A stretch of DNA of 64,000 nt from Malacoraja senta (Eukaryota), in assembly GCA_038087875.1 (NCBI GenBank), contig JAXLNO010000073.1:186001-250000 (forward strand), in the 5' to 3' direction. The notes beneath the pieces were generated by a model that saw only the letters and a program-made list of their open reading frames with translations, had not been told where the DNA came from and searched no databases. Below, piece after piece: positions 35,849 through 49,769 of the stretch. The number at the start of each line of letters is the position of its first letter. The first letter of the stretch is position 1. The position numbers were made by a program, and so were the translations under genes.

Positions 35849-37646
35849 TTAAGTCGAAAGGTCCCTCTGACCAGGTGGTTGCATACGAGTCTCAGAGATT
35901 GGGACGGAAGATTTGGTTAAGATCTCGGGAGAGATTTTGGCCAGAATTCCGGTTACAGCCGAGGAACTGAAGAAAATAGATTTCGGCCAGAGAAGGCCTC
36001 GAGGTCTATCGACATCGACGAGTCTGATCTGAAGATACATCACTGAAATTGTGAGTCGAAATCGACTACATTTCTTTGAATTTTGAAGCTGCAATCTATC
36101 GTTTTAAACGGCTTCCGTAACAAAGAGCCAAAAAGTGTTTTTCCAATCTGTCTGGAGAAAGGAGACCGACCTTGGAAATTGTTTTGAAGTCTTGATAACA
36201 CGCATTCCTTTCGAAGTAGCGTCATCTGTAATCCCATGGATGTTTCAGAGAAGCTTTCTACAATTCCAGTTTGTTATGGTTCTGATGAAAATGTTAACAA
36301 AACAAAATTAGAACTACCAGCAGAGGATTTTGTTCGTTCGATTTAAAGACTTGGCGATCTGCCAAGACCTCTATAAAACTATGGAACTAGAAGTTGATGA
36401 AAGTGGACTCTCCTAGTGGCAGCATGCTGTAAAGGTTGCAAATTCGTTTGCTCCTTTAACTTTTAAATTTTACTTACCACTCTTTCAATGTTACTTGTTA
36501 TTACTTGACTCAAGGCACGGTCTAACTTTTCTTAAAGTGTTGATAACACTTTTATACGCTTTAATCGTGTAAAGGATGGAGGCAAGAGGGAAAGCAGGCT
36601 CTCCGAGGAAGGAACGTGGAAAAGTCACAGGTTCTGACTCTAGTATCTTAGAAGCAATATCGAAAATGAACGATGAACTGAAAAATGAAATGAAAACAAG
36701 ATTTTGCAGTTTGGAAGAAATGGTGAAAGGAATTTCGAGCAAATTGAAGGAAGTTCAAGACAAGCTGATTATGTTACAAGATGAATCTCGTGAATAGAAG
36801 GAACAAATTGATAACTTGCTAACCCTGGGCCAGGAGAGAGATTTGAAGATTGAAGAACTGGAACGGAGAATGAATGAAAATACTCGAGCAATACAAGATT
36901 AAAAACATGGATCTGGAAAACTGAAGCCGTCGAATTAATTTGCGAATTGTTGGTTTGCCGGAAGGTCAAGAAGGAGATAATGTTATAAAATATGCTCTCA
37001 AATTGAAAAAGGAGACTTTCAACATCGAGCACAATGAAAATGTTCCATTTTTGGATAACGAACAGAGGATTAGGAAGAAATCTGGTCCCCAAGATAAACC
37101 GAGACATTTGATTGTTCGGTTTCACTTCTTGCAGATGAGGAAGAAAATTCTCCAGGCGACAAAAAAAGTAGGGCGTGGTTGAATATGAAGGATGCACGTT
37201 TCAGTTTGTTCCTGATAATAGTTACGAGCTTTTGGAAGTAAGAAAGTATTTCCATAATGTAATGTCTGAGTTGTTTAACAAAAAGTTGCGCGCAGCCTTA
37301 CATTATTCAGCTACTCTGCGTATAAGACTCTTTAATGGTAACAATCGATTTTTTAACAATCCTCAAGACGCATCCAGCTTTCTGGAGGCTTATGAGGGTG
37401 AAGCCGCCATCGGGAGCTATTGATAGCTGATTAAGTTATAATTGGAGATTTACTGTTCCTATTTTGACAATATGTCGTTTTATAATGATTAAGAATTTAA
37501 CTGGATGAGTTGTTTTACTATTTTTTAATTTACTTTTTAAAAGTTTAGTATGATGGTATCAAGCAACAAATTTTACCTTCTCTAAATATAAATTTTTAAG
37601 ATTTTCTTTGTTAGTTTTTCTATTTTTAAAATTCAAGGATTTTTGT

Positions 37647-38096
37647 CCCCCTTGTCTTTAGACAAATTAAGTGAAAGCAGTTCTTGTTTTTCATATTTTG
37701 ACCTTGGATAAATAATATGAAGTAGCCCTTGTGTTCCACTGCCAACATGTACTTTTTTTAACCATAACATTAATTTTGTTTTTGGCTATTGAGTGGCCCC
37801 TTTGTCTTTAGACAAATGAAGTGAACGCAGTTTTGTTTTTCATATTTTGACCTTTGATAAATAATAAGAAGCAGCTCTTGTGTTCAACTGCCAACATGTA
37901 CTTTTTTTTTAACCATAATATTAATTTTGTTTTGGTTATTGAGTGGCCCCCTTGTCTTTTGACAAATTAAGTGAAGCAGTTCTTGTTTTTCATATCTTGA
38001 CCATGGACAAATAATATGAAGTGGCTCTTGTGTTCCACTGCCAGCATGTACTTTTTTATTAACCATAACATTAATTTTGTTTTGGCTATTGAGTGG
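37647..38096 (+). repeat. 3 x 150-bp tandem repeat in the L1 inter-ORF region
   Basis: CCCC(C/T)TTGTCTTT..ATTGAGTGG units start at 37647, 37797, 37947. Confidence 0.92.
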
Positions 38097-38364
38097 CTAA
38101 TATGCTTTCTATTTACGTTGGGTGCTGTCGTTTGGAGAGATGGGGGTGGGGAAGGGATTAGGTGGCGTACTGGTTGTCTACTCGACAGTTTCGGGCTTTG
38201 CATGGGTGGGGGGAGGGGTCTTTTGATTTTAGCTTAGCTTTTTTCATCTGTGCAGAATCGGAACTAGAAAAATGTCTGAAATGTCGTCACTTCTGGCTCC
38301 ACCCTAGATTTTTCATCTTCCAGTATCATAACTATTATGCTTTTAGAAATTAACCCTTTACATT

Positions 38365-40719
38365 ATTTTTAAATTTTTTTTTTTTTTTAATTTTATTAGA
38401 AGTAAGTACAAGAATATTGCACCGGTGCCTAATATATATTGACATGTTACATTTTATGTACAGCTTCTTTTTTTTAAATAATGAAAAAGAAAAAGAAAGA
38501 ATAGATAATAAAATATAGAAAAACGTGTGATATATTGTGTGTGAAAAGAAGAAAAGGGTGAAAGAAGAAAAATGAAGAAAAGAAGATAGAAAGAGAAAGA
38601 GTAGACAGTAACAGATTAAGGAGATCGTTATATATATTCTTCACCATCCCTCACCCAATCCTGAAACAATTAGCTTCTACGATTTTGTTGCACCATATCC
38701 TTCCAAAAAATCGACAAATGGAGACCAACTCATTAAGAATTGGTCTGATTGATCTATTAGGAGGAATCGCATTTCCTCAAGATGTGCGGTGTCCAACATG
38801 TTTGAAATCCACATGTTAAGCGTTGTTATGGGTGTATTTTTTCCAAAATTTAAGTATACGTTTTTTTGCCGTTATTAACCCATAATTAAAACATATATTT
38901 TGAGATGAGTTCAATTGATTCCCATCTTGCATTACTCCAAGAATAATCATTTCCGTATTAGGTTCCATATTTGTCTTGAATAATTTTGTAAATATTTCAA
39001 AAATATCACTCCAGAATTTATAAACTTTTATGCAGGAAACAAAAGAGTGTGTTATAGTTGCATTTTGGGATAATAATTTATCACAAATGGGGGAAGTATT
39101 TGGATAGAATTTATTCAATCTAGTTTTTGAAAAATATAATCTATGTAAAATTTTATATTGAATTAAATTATGTTATACATTAATCGAACATTTGTGTATA
39201 TATATCAAATACTTTTGCCATGTTTCCTTCGTGGTTTTTATCATTAATTCTCGTTCCCACTGGTCTCTACGTGCCTCTGTCAATGGTAGGTCTATATTTA
39301 AAATACAATTATATAAATATGATATTAATTACTGTGAGTCGGCCTTAATATACATTGCTTCTTCCAGTGGATCTAAAGTTATGTTTTGATATCTTTGTAT
39401 GTATTTCTTCATGAAGTCGCAAATCTGAAGATATTTAAAATATTGTTTATTTTTCAGTTTAAATTTTAATTGTAATTGTTGGAATGATAACAGATTTCCC
39501 ATTTCATACATATCACCGATCCTTTTAATTCCCATCCTTTCCCATTGCTTATATGTTTTATCAATAAGAGATGGTTTAAATAAAGGATTATTCACTATTG
39601 GCATTAACAATGATAGGTTTCTTAATTTTAAAGATAATTTTATTTGTTTCCAAATTCTTATTGTAACATGTATGATTGGGTTATTCTTATATATTCTGTT
39701 GTTCAGTTTTATCGGGGAGAAGAGGATCGCTCCTATGTTACAAGGAGAACAATCCACTTTCTCCATTCGTATCCATTCTGTCTGTTGGGTAGAACTGTCC
39801 AACCAGTAAATTATATTCTTAATATGCACTGCCCAATAGTAATACAAAAAGTTCGGAAGTGAAAGTCCCCCAACGTCTTTTGGTTTACACAAGTGTTTTC
39901 TTAGAATTCTGTGCGATCTATAGTCCCAAATAAAATTGGTAATGTTAGAGTCTAATTTTTTTTTTAACGTTTTTTTGGTAGATATAATGGTATAGATTGA
40001 AATAGGTATAATAATTGTGGTAAAAATATCATTTTTATAACGTTTATTCTGCCTATTAATGATAACGGAAATGTTTTCCAGAATTTAATCAACGCGTTGA
40101 GTTTATTTAATAAAGGCATAAAATTAGCATTAAATAATTCTTTATATGTTCTAGTAATTTGAATACCCAAATACTTAAATTTTGCTGTTGCGATTTTAAA
40201 GGGGAATTTTAATAGGTGTGTAGATTCTTGTGGTTTGAACGTCATGATTTCACTTTTATTCCAATTTATTCTATATCCAGAAAAAGAACCGAATTCCTCT
40301 ATTAAATTTAATAAATTTAGTATGCTCGTTTGTGAATTTGTAACGTCTAAAAGTATATCGTCTGCATATAATGACATTTTATTGAGTCCCTTGTATTATA
40401 TCCCTGAATATTCGGATGAATTCTTATACTTTCAGCCAGGGGCTCTATCATAAGGGCAAATAGCAGAGGCGATAAAGCACATCCCTGCCTATTGCCCCTT
40501 GATAATTGAAATTTTGGAGATAACATATTATTGGTTAATATTCTTCCCGTCGGTTTATCATATAATAATTTTAACCATACAATAAAATTCTCTCCCATAT
40601 TAAATGTTTGCAGTACTTTCTATAAATACTGCCACTCTACCTGATCAAATGTTTTCTCTGCGTCCAGAGAAACAATTGATATATCTTCTTCCTCCGTTTT
40701 ATGTGAGTACATTATATTA
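38365..40719 (-). mobile_element. 5'-truncated L1 nested in the L1 inter-ORF region
   Basis: LDAEK.FDQVEW, RGNRQGCALSPLLF, SLYADDILL, GGLSLPNF; poly(A) ~38375-38390; 13-bp TSD AACCCTTTACATT (38352-38364 / 40720-40732). Confidence 0.93.
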
Positions 40720-41782
40720 AACCCTTTACATTCCACATGATTTTTACAAACAATATAGATAAATTATTAACTTCCTTTCATGGAATGTGAATGGTTTGAA
40801 CCATCCTATTAAGAGGACATTTTTTAAAAGTTCTTCACAGACTAAATGCTCAGATTATTTTTGTTCAGGAAACTCATGTAAAGCAAGATGACAATTAACG
40901 ATTTCTCAAGTTTTGGAGAGGACAGCAGTTTCATTCAAATTCACAGGCTAAGGTGAAAGGAGTCTCTATTTTTATTGACTCCTCAATTCCATTTGTTCAT
41001 TATGAAACAATTTCTGATCCATATGGTAGATTGTTGGTGATTACTGGTGTTCTTTATAACCAAAACGGTGCTATGGTGAATGTTTATGCACCAAATATTG
41101 ATCACCCTGAGTATTTTAAACAGTTAATTGCATCCTTTCCTAATTTAAATGAACATTTTTAAATAATGGGTGGAGATTTTAACTGTTGTTTAAACCCCTC
41201 GATGGACAGATCTGCATCTGATCATGTGCTTCCAAATAAATCAGCTAGTTTTATCAATTATTTTTTACTTGACTCTGGAATGTTAGAAGTTTGGAGATTC
41301 TTACACCCAAATGACAAATAATGTTCTTTTTTCTCTCATGTATATCATAGTTACTCTAGGATTGACTACTCTATAATAGATTCTCGGCTAGTTTCATCGG
41401 TCACTGCATGAGAGTATGATGCAATTGCTATTTCTGATCACGCACCATTGAAACTAGCAATCAAACTACCTGATTCCAAGTTTAGTGCTAAACAATGGCG
41501 ATTTAATGCTACTTTGCTTCAAGATCTAAATTTTGTTAATTATATTAAAGATCAGATTGGTTTTTTCTTCTTTACAAATGCTACTGAATAAATATCCAAT
41601 GGTGTAGTCTGGGATGCTTTTAAGGCATATATTCGTGGACAAATTATTTCATGTTCCGCAGGATTAAAAAACAAATTCAAAATTAAATACGTATATTGGC
41701 TGATGAGATTAAAGAAATTGATAACAAAATATTCAAAAGCTCCTGGTTTAGAGCTCTATAAGAATAGAGTTGAACTTCAATT

Positions 41783-42445
41783 GATGACCACATCAATGCT
41801 GACCACATCATTAAGAAAGGACAACAACGCCTATACTTCTTCAGACAGCTCAAGAAGTTCAGAGTCCACAAACACCTCCTGGTACGCTTCTATCAATCCA
41901 TCATTGAAAGCATCATCACCTCCTCAATCACAGTCTGGTACGGAAACACTGACAGTCACTCACTACACAGAATACAGCGCATTGTCTCCAAGGCCTCTAG
42001 GATCATCAACTCTTCCCTCCCCTCAATCCATTCCATTTACCTCCAACGTACCTCAAAACGGGCAACAAAGATCATCTCGGACCCCTCCCACCCAGCAAAC
42101 CACCTTTTCCAGTCTCTCCCTTCAGGGGGGCGCCTTAGGTCACTTGCTACAAAATCCACCCGTTTTAAAAACAGTTTCTTCCCCTCAGCAATAAGAACAC
42201 TTAATTCCCTCCAATAACTTAACAACTTTTTGACTTTGATGTATACAGTGTCTTGTCTATGGTTTTTGTCTGTTCTTTTGCACTATGTATTGTTGGTGAG
42301 ATTTGTGATTTGTGATGTGCTTTATTATTATTGTTGTTAGTGTTAATGTGCTAAAGCAGTGTACCATCATGTACCGAACCCAATTACCACCAACCCTGGT
42401 CGTGTGGCAAATAAAGTTTCTATTCCATTCTATTCTATTCTATTC
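41783..42445 (+). mobile_element. Rex1/Babar LINE 3' fragment nested in L1 ORF2
   Basis: KKGQQRLYFFRQLKKF, TRFKNSFFPSA; AATAAA plus (TTCTA)n tail; TTCAATTGA on both flanks. Confidence 0.85.
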
Positions 42446-45400
42446 AATTGAGATATGATTTGCTATTAGTATCACCGATTGAGAACCGGCTACTTAAAAG
42501 ACAATTTTATATATATGGCGAAAAAGCTCGTAAATTATTCGCTAATCAAGCGGAGTCGGCCAAACGTCAGATTACTAAAGTGAGTAAACGGGATGGTACA
42601 CTAACTGTGGACCATGATGAAATTAATAAATCCTTTTATGAATTTTATACCTCTCCATACCAATCAGAATTTCTTACTGATTCCAAAATAATGCATGAGT
42701 TTTTAAAGAAACTGAACTTGTCAAATTTACCACAAAATGAGACTTAGACGAACCCATCACGGAGGAAGAAATACAGTAAGCAATTCTCTCAATGAATTCT
42801 GGTAAAGCTCCCGGTTTAGATGGGTTTACAGTAGAATTTGTTAAGCATTTATCAAGTTTCTTGTCTCCCTGGCTATGCAAGATTTTTAAAGAAGCCTTTT
42901 TTAATGAATAGATTACCACAATCCTTTTATGAAGCATCTATTTCTTTAATTCTTAAAAAAGATAAAGACCCTACTGAAGTGACATTATATAGACCTATAT
43001 CGCTGTTAAATGTAGAGGCCACAATTCTTTCCAAAATATTTGCTATGAGATTGGAAAATATATCACCGCAAATTATTTCTGAAGATATCCATTTTTTATT
43101 TCTAAATCTTTTTTTGATATTATTGACTCCAACATTTCTTCATATATATGGCAGAATAAAAATTCCAGATTAAGTAGCAAATACTTACAGAAATAAAAAA
43201 AAAACGACGGTGTTGGCACTGCCGACCCTTAGATTCTACTACTGGGCAGTTAATATTCGTTATTTAACGATTTGGACAAAAGATTTAGAAGATACCCAAT
43301 GCCCAGGATTGATAAATATTGAACGTGATTCTATGCAAGGGCTATCATTGGCTACTATTCTAGGGGTTTCGTTACCTTTTCCAATTACGAGATTGAATAA
43401 ATATACGACTAATCCAATAATAAGACACACATTTCGAATATGGTTTCAATTTCGTAAATTTTTTGGATTGAATTATTTTATCTTATCGAGTCCTATCAAA
43501 TCTAATTTTCTCTTCCAACCTTCTAGTATTGATCAAGCCTTTCTGTTATGGAAGAGGAAGGGATTAGTAGCTTTTCGTGATTTGTTTTTGGATGGTTGGT
43601 TTATGTCTTTTGAACAACTCTCCAATAAATATAATTTACCTAACTCACACTTTTTTAGATATTTTCAAATTAGACATTTTTTTATGGCTACTCTACCCTT
43701 TTTTCCGTTACCACATCAAACCGATTTTTTTTTTTTTTTTTTACATTTGAACCCTTATCAGAAAGTCAACATCACGACTATTTATGAGTTGATTTTGAAA
43801 TTACAAACAGATACATTTGGTAAAATTAAGAATGACTGGGAAAGAGAACTCAAAATGTCTCTATCTATAGAGAAATGGGAGAGGATTCTTCAATTAGTTA
43901 ATACTTACTCAATGTGTGCAAGACACGCTTTGATACAATTCAAGGTGGTTCACAGAGTTCATATGTCCAAAGATAAGTTAGCTCGTTTTTATGGTCATAT
44001 AATTCCTACCTGTGACAGATGTAACTCTGAAGTGGCCTCACTGACCCATAAGTTTTGTTCCTTATGGAACTTTTAGAGAAATATTGGAAAGAGATTTTTG
44101 ATACTATTTCTGTAATTTTAGGCATTGATTTACAACCTCACCCTATTACTGCAATTTTTGGGCTACCAATGTTAGATTTTATTCATTTGTCCCTTTCCGC
44201 CCATCGGTTGATAGCTTTTACTACATTAATTGCCAGAAGATCTATTTGATTTAAATGGAAAAACTCTAATCCTCCGACCACCCTCCGTTGGTACTCTGAA
44301 ACGATATCATGTCTAAATTTAGAAAACATCAGGAGTGACATTGTTGAACCCTTGGTTAAATTTGATAGGACTTGGGGAAGATTTAATCAACATTTTCACG
44401 CGACATAAATTGTCCTCTCTCCAACCGTTATAATTTGTTTTACCTTTATATGATGGAACAGACTTGACGACAAACAAGGACTTAAATTGTTGAAATTCTT
44501 TGCCGCCCAGATTCTGTTTTGTTTTTTTCTCTAGTTTAGGGGGGGTATGTTTTTTCCTTTTTCTCTTTTTTTTCTTTTATTTCTTTTTATCTTTTTACTT
44601 TTTATATCTATGTTTTCTTTTAAACATTTAACTATATTTACATAGAGACCGGGATGTCTATATTCAATCTGTATTTTGACACTGGACTCATATTTAGGTT
44701 ATACCCGTTATTAATGTAATCATTGTTATGTTATCATTGTTATGTTTATCATTATTCTTTTTTTTTCGTTGTTATGTATTTGTTTTTGAAAAAAAAGCTA
44801 ATAAAAAGATTTGTTTTTAAAGTAGATGGAGAAAGTTTCATGCCTGAACGAGGTGGCGATGTAAGACCAATTGTCTTACACGAGGTGGTAATGGTAATGG
44901 TCTTACACGAGGTGGCGATGTAAGACCAATTGGACAACTTAAACTCACTGAGAAAGGTCGAGTTCTAACTCTGAAAGAAACCGAGAAGGAGATAAACGAA
45001 TTATGCAAACAGGTTACCAGATTAATTGAGAAACAGAATTAATGGAATCAGAACAGAACGTGATCAAGGTGAAATATAATATGAGCCAACTATTGAACCT
45101 CTGCTAGGAGGTTGGCAAGAAACAAGATGTGATATTGTGTTTACAGCCGTCTCGGGCAGAACGCATAAGACAAACCCAATGGGAGGAAGACAGGGTGAAG
45201 ATATTCATTGGATAAGGCAGATGAGTGGTTATCTGAAATTATGCCACAATTTACGAGCTTGGTAGCTGCAAGTGCGATGCAACAAGGTGCCAGAATGGAA
45301 GATGAGATTGCACCTGTGGATTGTATCTCTAATATATATACACGAGGATCAAGGCACAGATCTTGTTCTTCAGCCAGTTCGGTATCAAGGACTTCTGCTC

Positions 45401-46544
45401 GATTGGGAGTTGAAGCTGATCTAGCCGCTCTCTCAATAGAAGCGGAGGCCTTGAGGATGAAACGTGATATTGAGCGAGAAGAAGAGATGAGACGACGGAA
45501 AGAACAGATGAAAGAAGAGATGAGACGAGAAGAAGAAGCGATGAGACAGGAAGAAGAAGTGCTGAGGCGACGAAAGGAACAACTGAAACTAGACACAAAG
45601 AAGGCGGTGGACAAAGCAAAGAAGGAGGCATTAGAAAGAAAGGGTTCAAGAGGCAGCTCAAGACCATCGAAGACGATGAGCTCTGGACCAAAAGGAAAAA
45701 CTGCTCCGTGAGTCAGTAGTTGGTTCAATTCCACAATCGAGGTCCACCGGATATCATGACTTTGAAAACCCATTGGAACAGAGGAAGGTGGGTAAAACTT
45801 CATCTCAGCAAATGATTTCCAGATCGAAACAAACTACTAATGGAGCGTCTATGGATGCGCGAGACAAACCAATAGCGGATCACGCTTTTCCGAGACCTGG
45901 TGCACAGGCTCGAGCAAGCCAATTTCAATCAAAAAGGCCTGTTTAACAACAGGTGCAGCCAAGCCAAGTTTATCAGGATGGATTATTGGCATTGGTGAAA
46001 AAGCAAACTGAATTCAACAAGATCATAGCTCGACAAAATACCTCTCTCATTCTACCACCAAGAGAAATCCCTACGTATGATGGAGATCCTTTGCGGTACG
46101 AAGCTTTTGTAAGGGCATTAGAAGAAGTATTAGAAACGAACATTACGGATGAAAAGGAGCGCTTGCGATTTCTGGTGAAGTACAAAAGTGGAGATGTTCA
46201 GGTACTTGTAGAAAGTTGTCAAAATGAGCCAGACAGCCATGGCTATAAATAGGCGAGAAGGTTACTTAAAGGATGTTATAATAATGAACAGAGGATTGTA
46301 ACGGTAAACACAACCGCCGCACAATATTACTGAAAGTGCATTACCTGTCACGATATAATCCGCGTTGAAATGAATACTTGGTTTACTCATCTTCTCCTTC
46401 TCCATGGTGGACCCGAGGATTCAGCTCTCGCCCATTCCAGGGGAAGGGGGATTTTCGGCACGTAAGATGAAGCGCTGTGTACGAGGCGCAGGCTGTAGTT
46501 CCAAAGCACACTCGTTTCACCCCTGCCATCTGGAGAAAACACAG

Positions 46545-48930
46545 AAACATAGAATCATAGAAATATTGGTGCAGGAGTAGGCAATTCGGTCCTTGGAGCT
46601 AGCACCGCCATTCAATATGATCATGGCTGATCATATTGTATCAGTAAAATCAGTACCCCGTTCCTGCTTTTTCCCCATCTCCCTTGATTCATTTAGCCCT
46701 AAGTGCCAAATCTAACTTTCTTTTGAAAATATCCAGAGAATTGGCGTACACTGCCTTCTGTGGCAGAGAATTCCACAGATTCACAACTCTCTAAGTGAAG
46801 AAGTTCTTCCTCGTCTCAGTCCTAAATGGCTTCCCCCTTATTTTTAAACTTTACCTCTGGTTCTGGACTCCCCTAACATCGGGAACATTTTTCCTGCATC
46901 GAGCCTTCCGATTCTTTAAGAATTGTACATGTTTCTAGAATAATCCTCTCATCCTTCAAAATCCAGTGAATACAAGCCCAGTCGACCCATTCTTTCATCA
47001 TATCTCAGTCCCGTCATCCCGGGAATTGACTTGGTGAACTTACGCTGCACTCTCTGAATAGCAATAATGTCCTTCCTCAAATTAGGAGACCACAATTGCA
47101 CACAATACTTCAGGTGCGGTCTCACCAGGGCCCTGTACAACTGCGGTAGGACCTCCTTGATCCTAAACTCAAATCCTCTGGCAATGAAGGCCAACATGCT
47201 ATTAGCTTTCTTCACTGCCTGCTGTACCTGCATGCTTACCTTCAGTGACTGATGTACAAGGACACCCAGGTCTTCTTGCACATCCCCTTTTCCTAATCTG
47301 GCACCATTCAGAAAATAATCCGCCTTCCTGTTCTTGCCGCCAAAGTGGACAACCTCATATGTATCCACATTATACTGTTTCTGCCATGTATCTGTTCACT
47401 CACCAACCTATCAAAGTCACCCCACAGCCTCATAGCATCCTCGTTGCAGCTCACACTGCTACCCAACTTTGTGTCATCCGCAATCTTGGAGATGTCTCAT
47501 TCCCTCGTCTAAATCGTTAATATATATAATAAATAACTGGGTTCCCAGCTTTTTGAAATTCCAGATACACCACATCCAATGGCTCTCCCTTATCCATTCT
47601 ACTTGTTACATCCTCAAAAAATGCCAAAAGATTAGTCAAACAGGAATCCCTTCATAAATCGATTCTAACTTTGACCGATCCTGTCACTGCTTTCCAAATG
47701 CGCTGCTATAACATATTTTACAGTCGACCAGCATCTTGCCCACTACCGATGTAAGGCCAACTGGTCTATAGTTCCCCGTTTTCTCTCTCCGTCCTTTCTC
47801 CTTTTTTTTAAAGTGGCTTCCCTCCAGTCCACAGCAACCGATCCAGAATCAAGAGAACATTGGAAAATGATCACCAATGCATCCACGATTTCTATGACCA
47901 CCTCCTTGAATATTCTGGGACGCAGACCATCAGTCCCTGGGGATGTATCTGCCTTCAGTCCCAACAGTTTAGCTAATACCATTTCCTGATTAATATGGAT
48001 TCCCTTCAGTTCCTCCCGCCCACTAGATCCTCGAACCGCCAGTATTTCTGGGAGAATATTTGTGGCTTCCTTAGTGAAGCAGAACCAACGTACTCGTTGA
48101 ACAGTACTGCCATTTCTTTGTTTCCCATTATAAATTTCATATGTCTCTGATTGTAAGGGGCCTTCATTAATCTTTTCATTTTCCATATATAACGAAGCTT
48201 TTAAAGTCCGTTTTTATATTCCCCGCAAGCTTTCTTAATGAAACCACTTTGTCCTCCTAAATTTCTCCTAGTCCTCCGGTTTGCTGTTTTCTCTGGACAA
48301 TGTCTATGCATTTTCCTTGAATTTAACACTAACCTTGATTCCGCTCGTTAGCCACGGTTGAGCCGCCTTCCCCGGTTTTATTTTTTCGCCAGACAGGAAT
48401 GAACAATTTTTGAAGTTCATCCATGAGGTCTTTAAATCTTTGCCATTGCATCTCCACCGTCAACCCTTTAAGTATAATTTGCAAGTCTATCCCAGCCAAT
48501 TCCCGTCTCATACCTTCATCGTATCTTTTCTTTAAGTCCAGGACCTTAGTCTCCGAATTAACCGTGTCATTCTCCGTCCTAATGCAGAATTCCACCATAT
48601 TATGATCACTTTTTCCCAAGCTGCTCTGCACACCAAGATCGCTAACTAATCCTTCCTCATTACAAAATACCCTGTCTATGATGGCCTGCCCTCTAGTCGG
48701 TTCTTCTACATATTGGTTTAAAAAAACATCCCGTATACATTCCACGAAATCCTCCACCTCGGCGCTGCTACCAATTTGGTTGGCCCAATCTATATGTAGT
48801 TTAAAGTCACCCGTGATAACTGCTGTACCTTTGCTACACGCACACATAATTTCATGCTTGATGCTATCGCCAACCTCCCTACTGCTGTTTGGTGGTCTGC
48901 ATACGACTCTAACCAGCGTTTTCTGCCCTT
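46545..48930 (-). mobile_element. CR1 ORF2 (end of endonuclease to 3' tail), internally deleted
   Basis: VITGDFKLHIDW, LNQYVEEPTR, LGKSDHNMVEF, QLYRALVRPHLKYC. Confidence 0.9.
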
Positions 48931-49769
48931 GGCTAGGTTCAGGAGCCTGACAACTGTAACGTCCAGGTTCATGAACTGCTTCTTCCCTTCAGCTATCTGG
49001 ATATTAAACACTGCAGCCTACAATAAGCTCTGAAGAAGAATGTGCTGGCTCTGGAGGGGGTCCATAGGTGATTCACATGAATGATCACAAGGAATGAGTG
49101 GGTTAACGTATGATGAGCGTTTATCGGCACTGGGCCTGTACTCACTTGAGTTTAGAAGAATGAGCGGAGACCTCATTGGAACACACAGAATAGTGAAAGG
49201 TTTGGATAGAGTGGATGTGGAGAGGATGTTTCCACCAATGGAAGAGTCGAGGATTGGAGGCCACCGCCTCACAATGATGGCACGCTCTTTTAGGGAGATG
49301 AGGACAAATTTCTCAAGTCAGAGGGTGGTGCATTTGTGTGATTTTACTTCGGAGTCACGTGAGTGACTGCGTGAAGAAGACCTCGTCCAGCCGCAAACGC
49401 GTCATATCGTCAGACGCGTAGTCAGAAGCGATAAGTAAAAAGCCGGAAGGTAAGTGGTTCACATTCGCTTTCAGGTCGCTTTCTTCAGAGAAACTTGTAG
49501 TTGTGAGACAACACAAGTTAGAATGGAGAAAGGACGTAAGGGAGGCGTACCGCAGGTAAAACTCGAGAAGTCCGCGGGTCTGAGAGTAGAGGGCGCCCGC
49601 TTGAGGAGTCGGTGGCAGCGAGGCCATCGACTATAGAAACGGTTAAAAGAAGTACCGTTGCAGCGCGATTAGAGCGCAAGGCCAGGCAAAATCCGTGCGG
49701 CCAGCAGACTCTGAGGAGTCAGACGGGAGGTTCCCAGCCTCAGGCAGACATTTTGTCTACTCGGGTCCG

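Larger units (their letters stand above)
36405..44815 (+). mobile_element. Near full-length fish-type L1 LINE, decayed
   Basis: ORF1 ~36576-37423 (RRINLRIVGLPEG, PRHLIVRF); ORF2 from ~40737 (FLSWNVNGLNHPIKR, QETH, GGDFN, SRIDY, SDHAP, GKAPGLDG, YRPISLLN, CDRC..LTH) to ~44408; T-rich 3' UTR, AATAAA and A-rich end; RT core deleted near 43090. Confidence 0.9.
35849..46300 (+). mobile_element. BEL/Pao 5' internal region (leader and gag N-half), split by the L1 at 36405-44815
   Basis: QLKLTEKG, DEIAPVDCISN..SSASSVS..coiled coil, LPPREIPTYDGDPLRY..F..ERLRFLVKYKSG (DUF1759-type gag), ARRLLK..NEQRI. Confidence 0.8.

Noticed and set aside
45208..45711. Coiled-coil ORF as a host gene
   Set aside because: Sits in order within the BEL/Pao gag (EIAPVDCISN..SSVS motif followed by the DUF1759-type segment).
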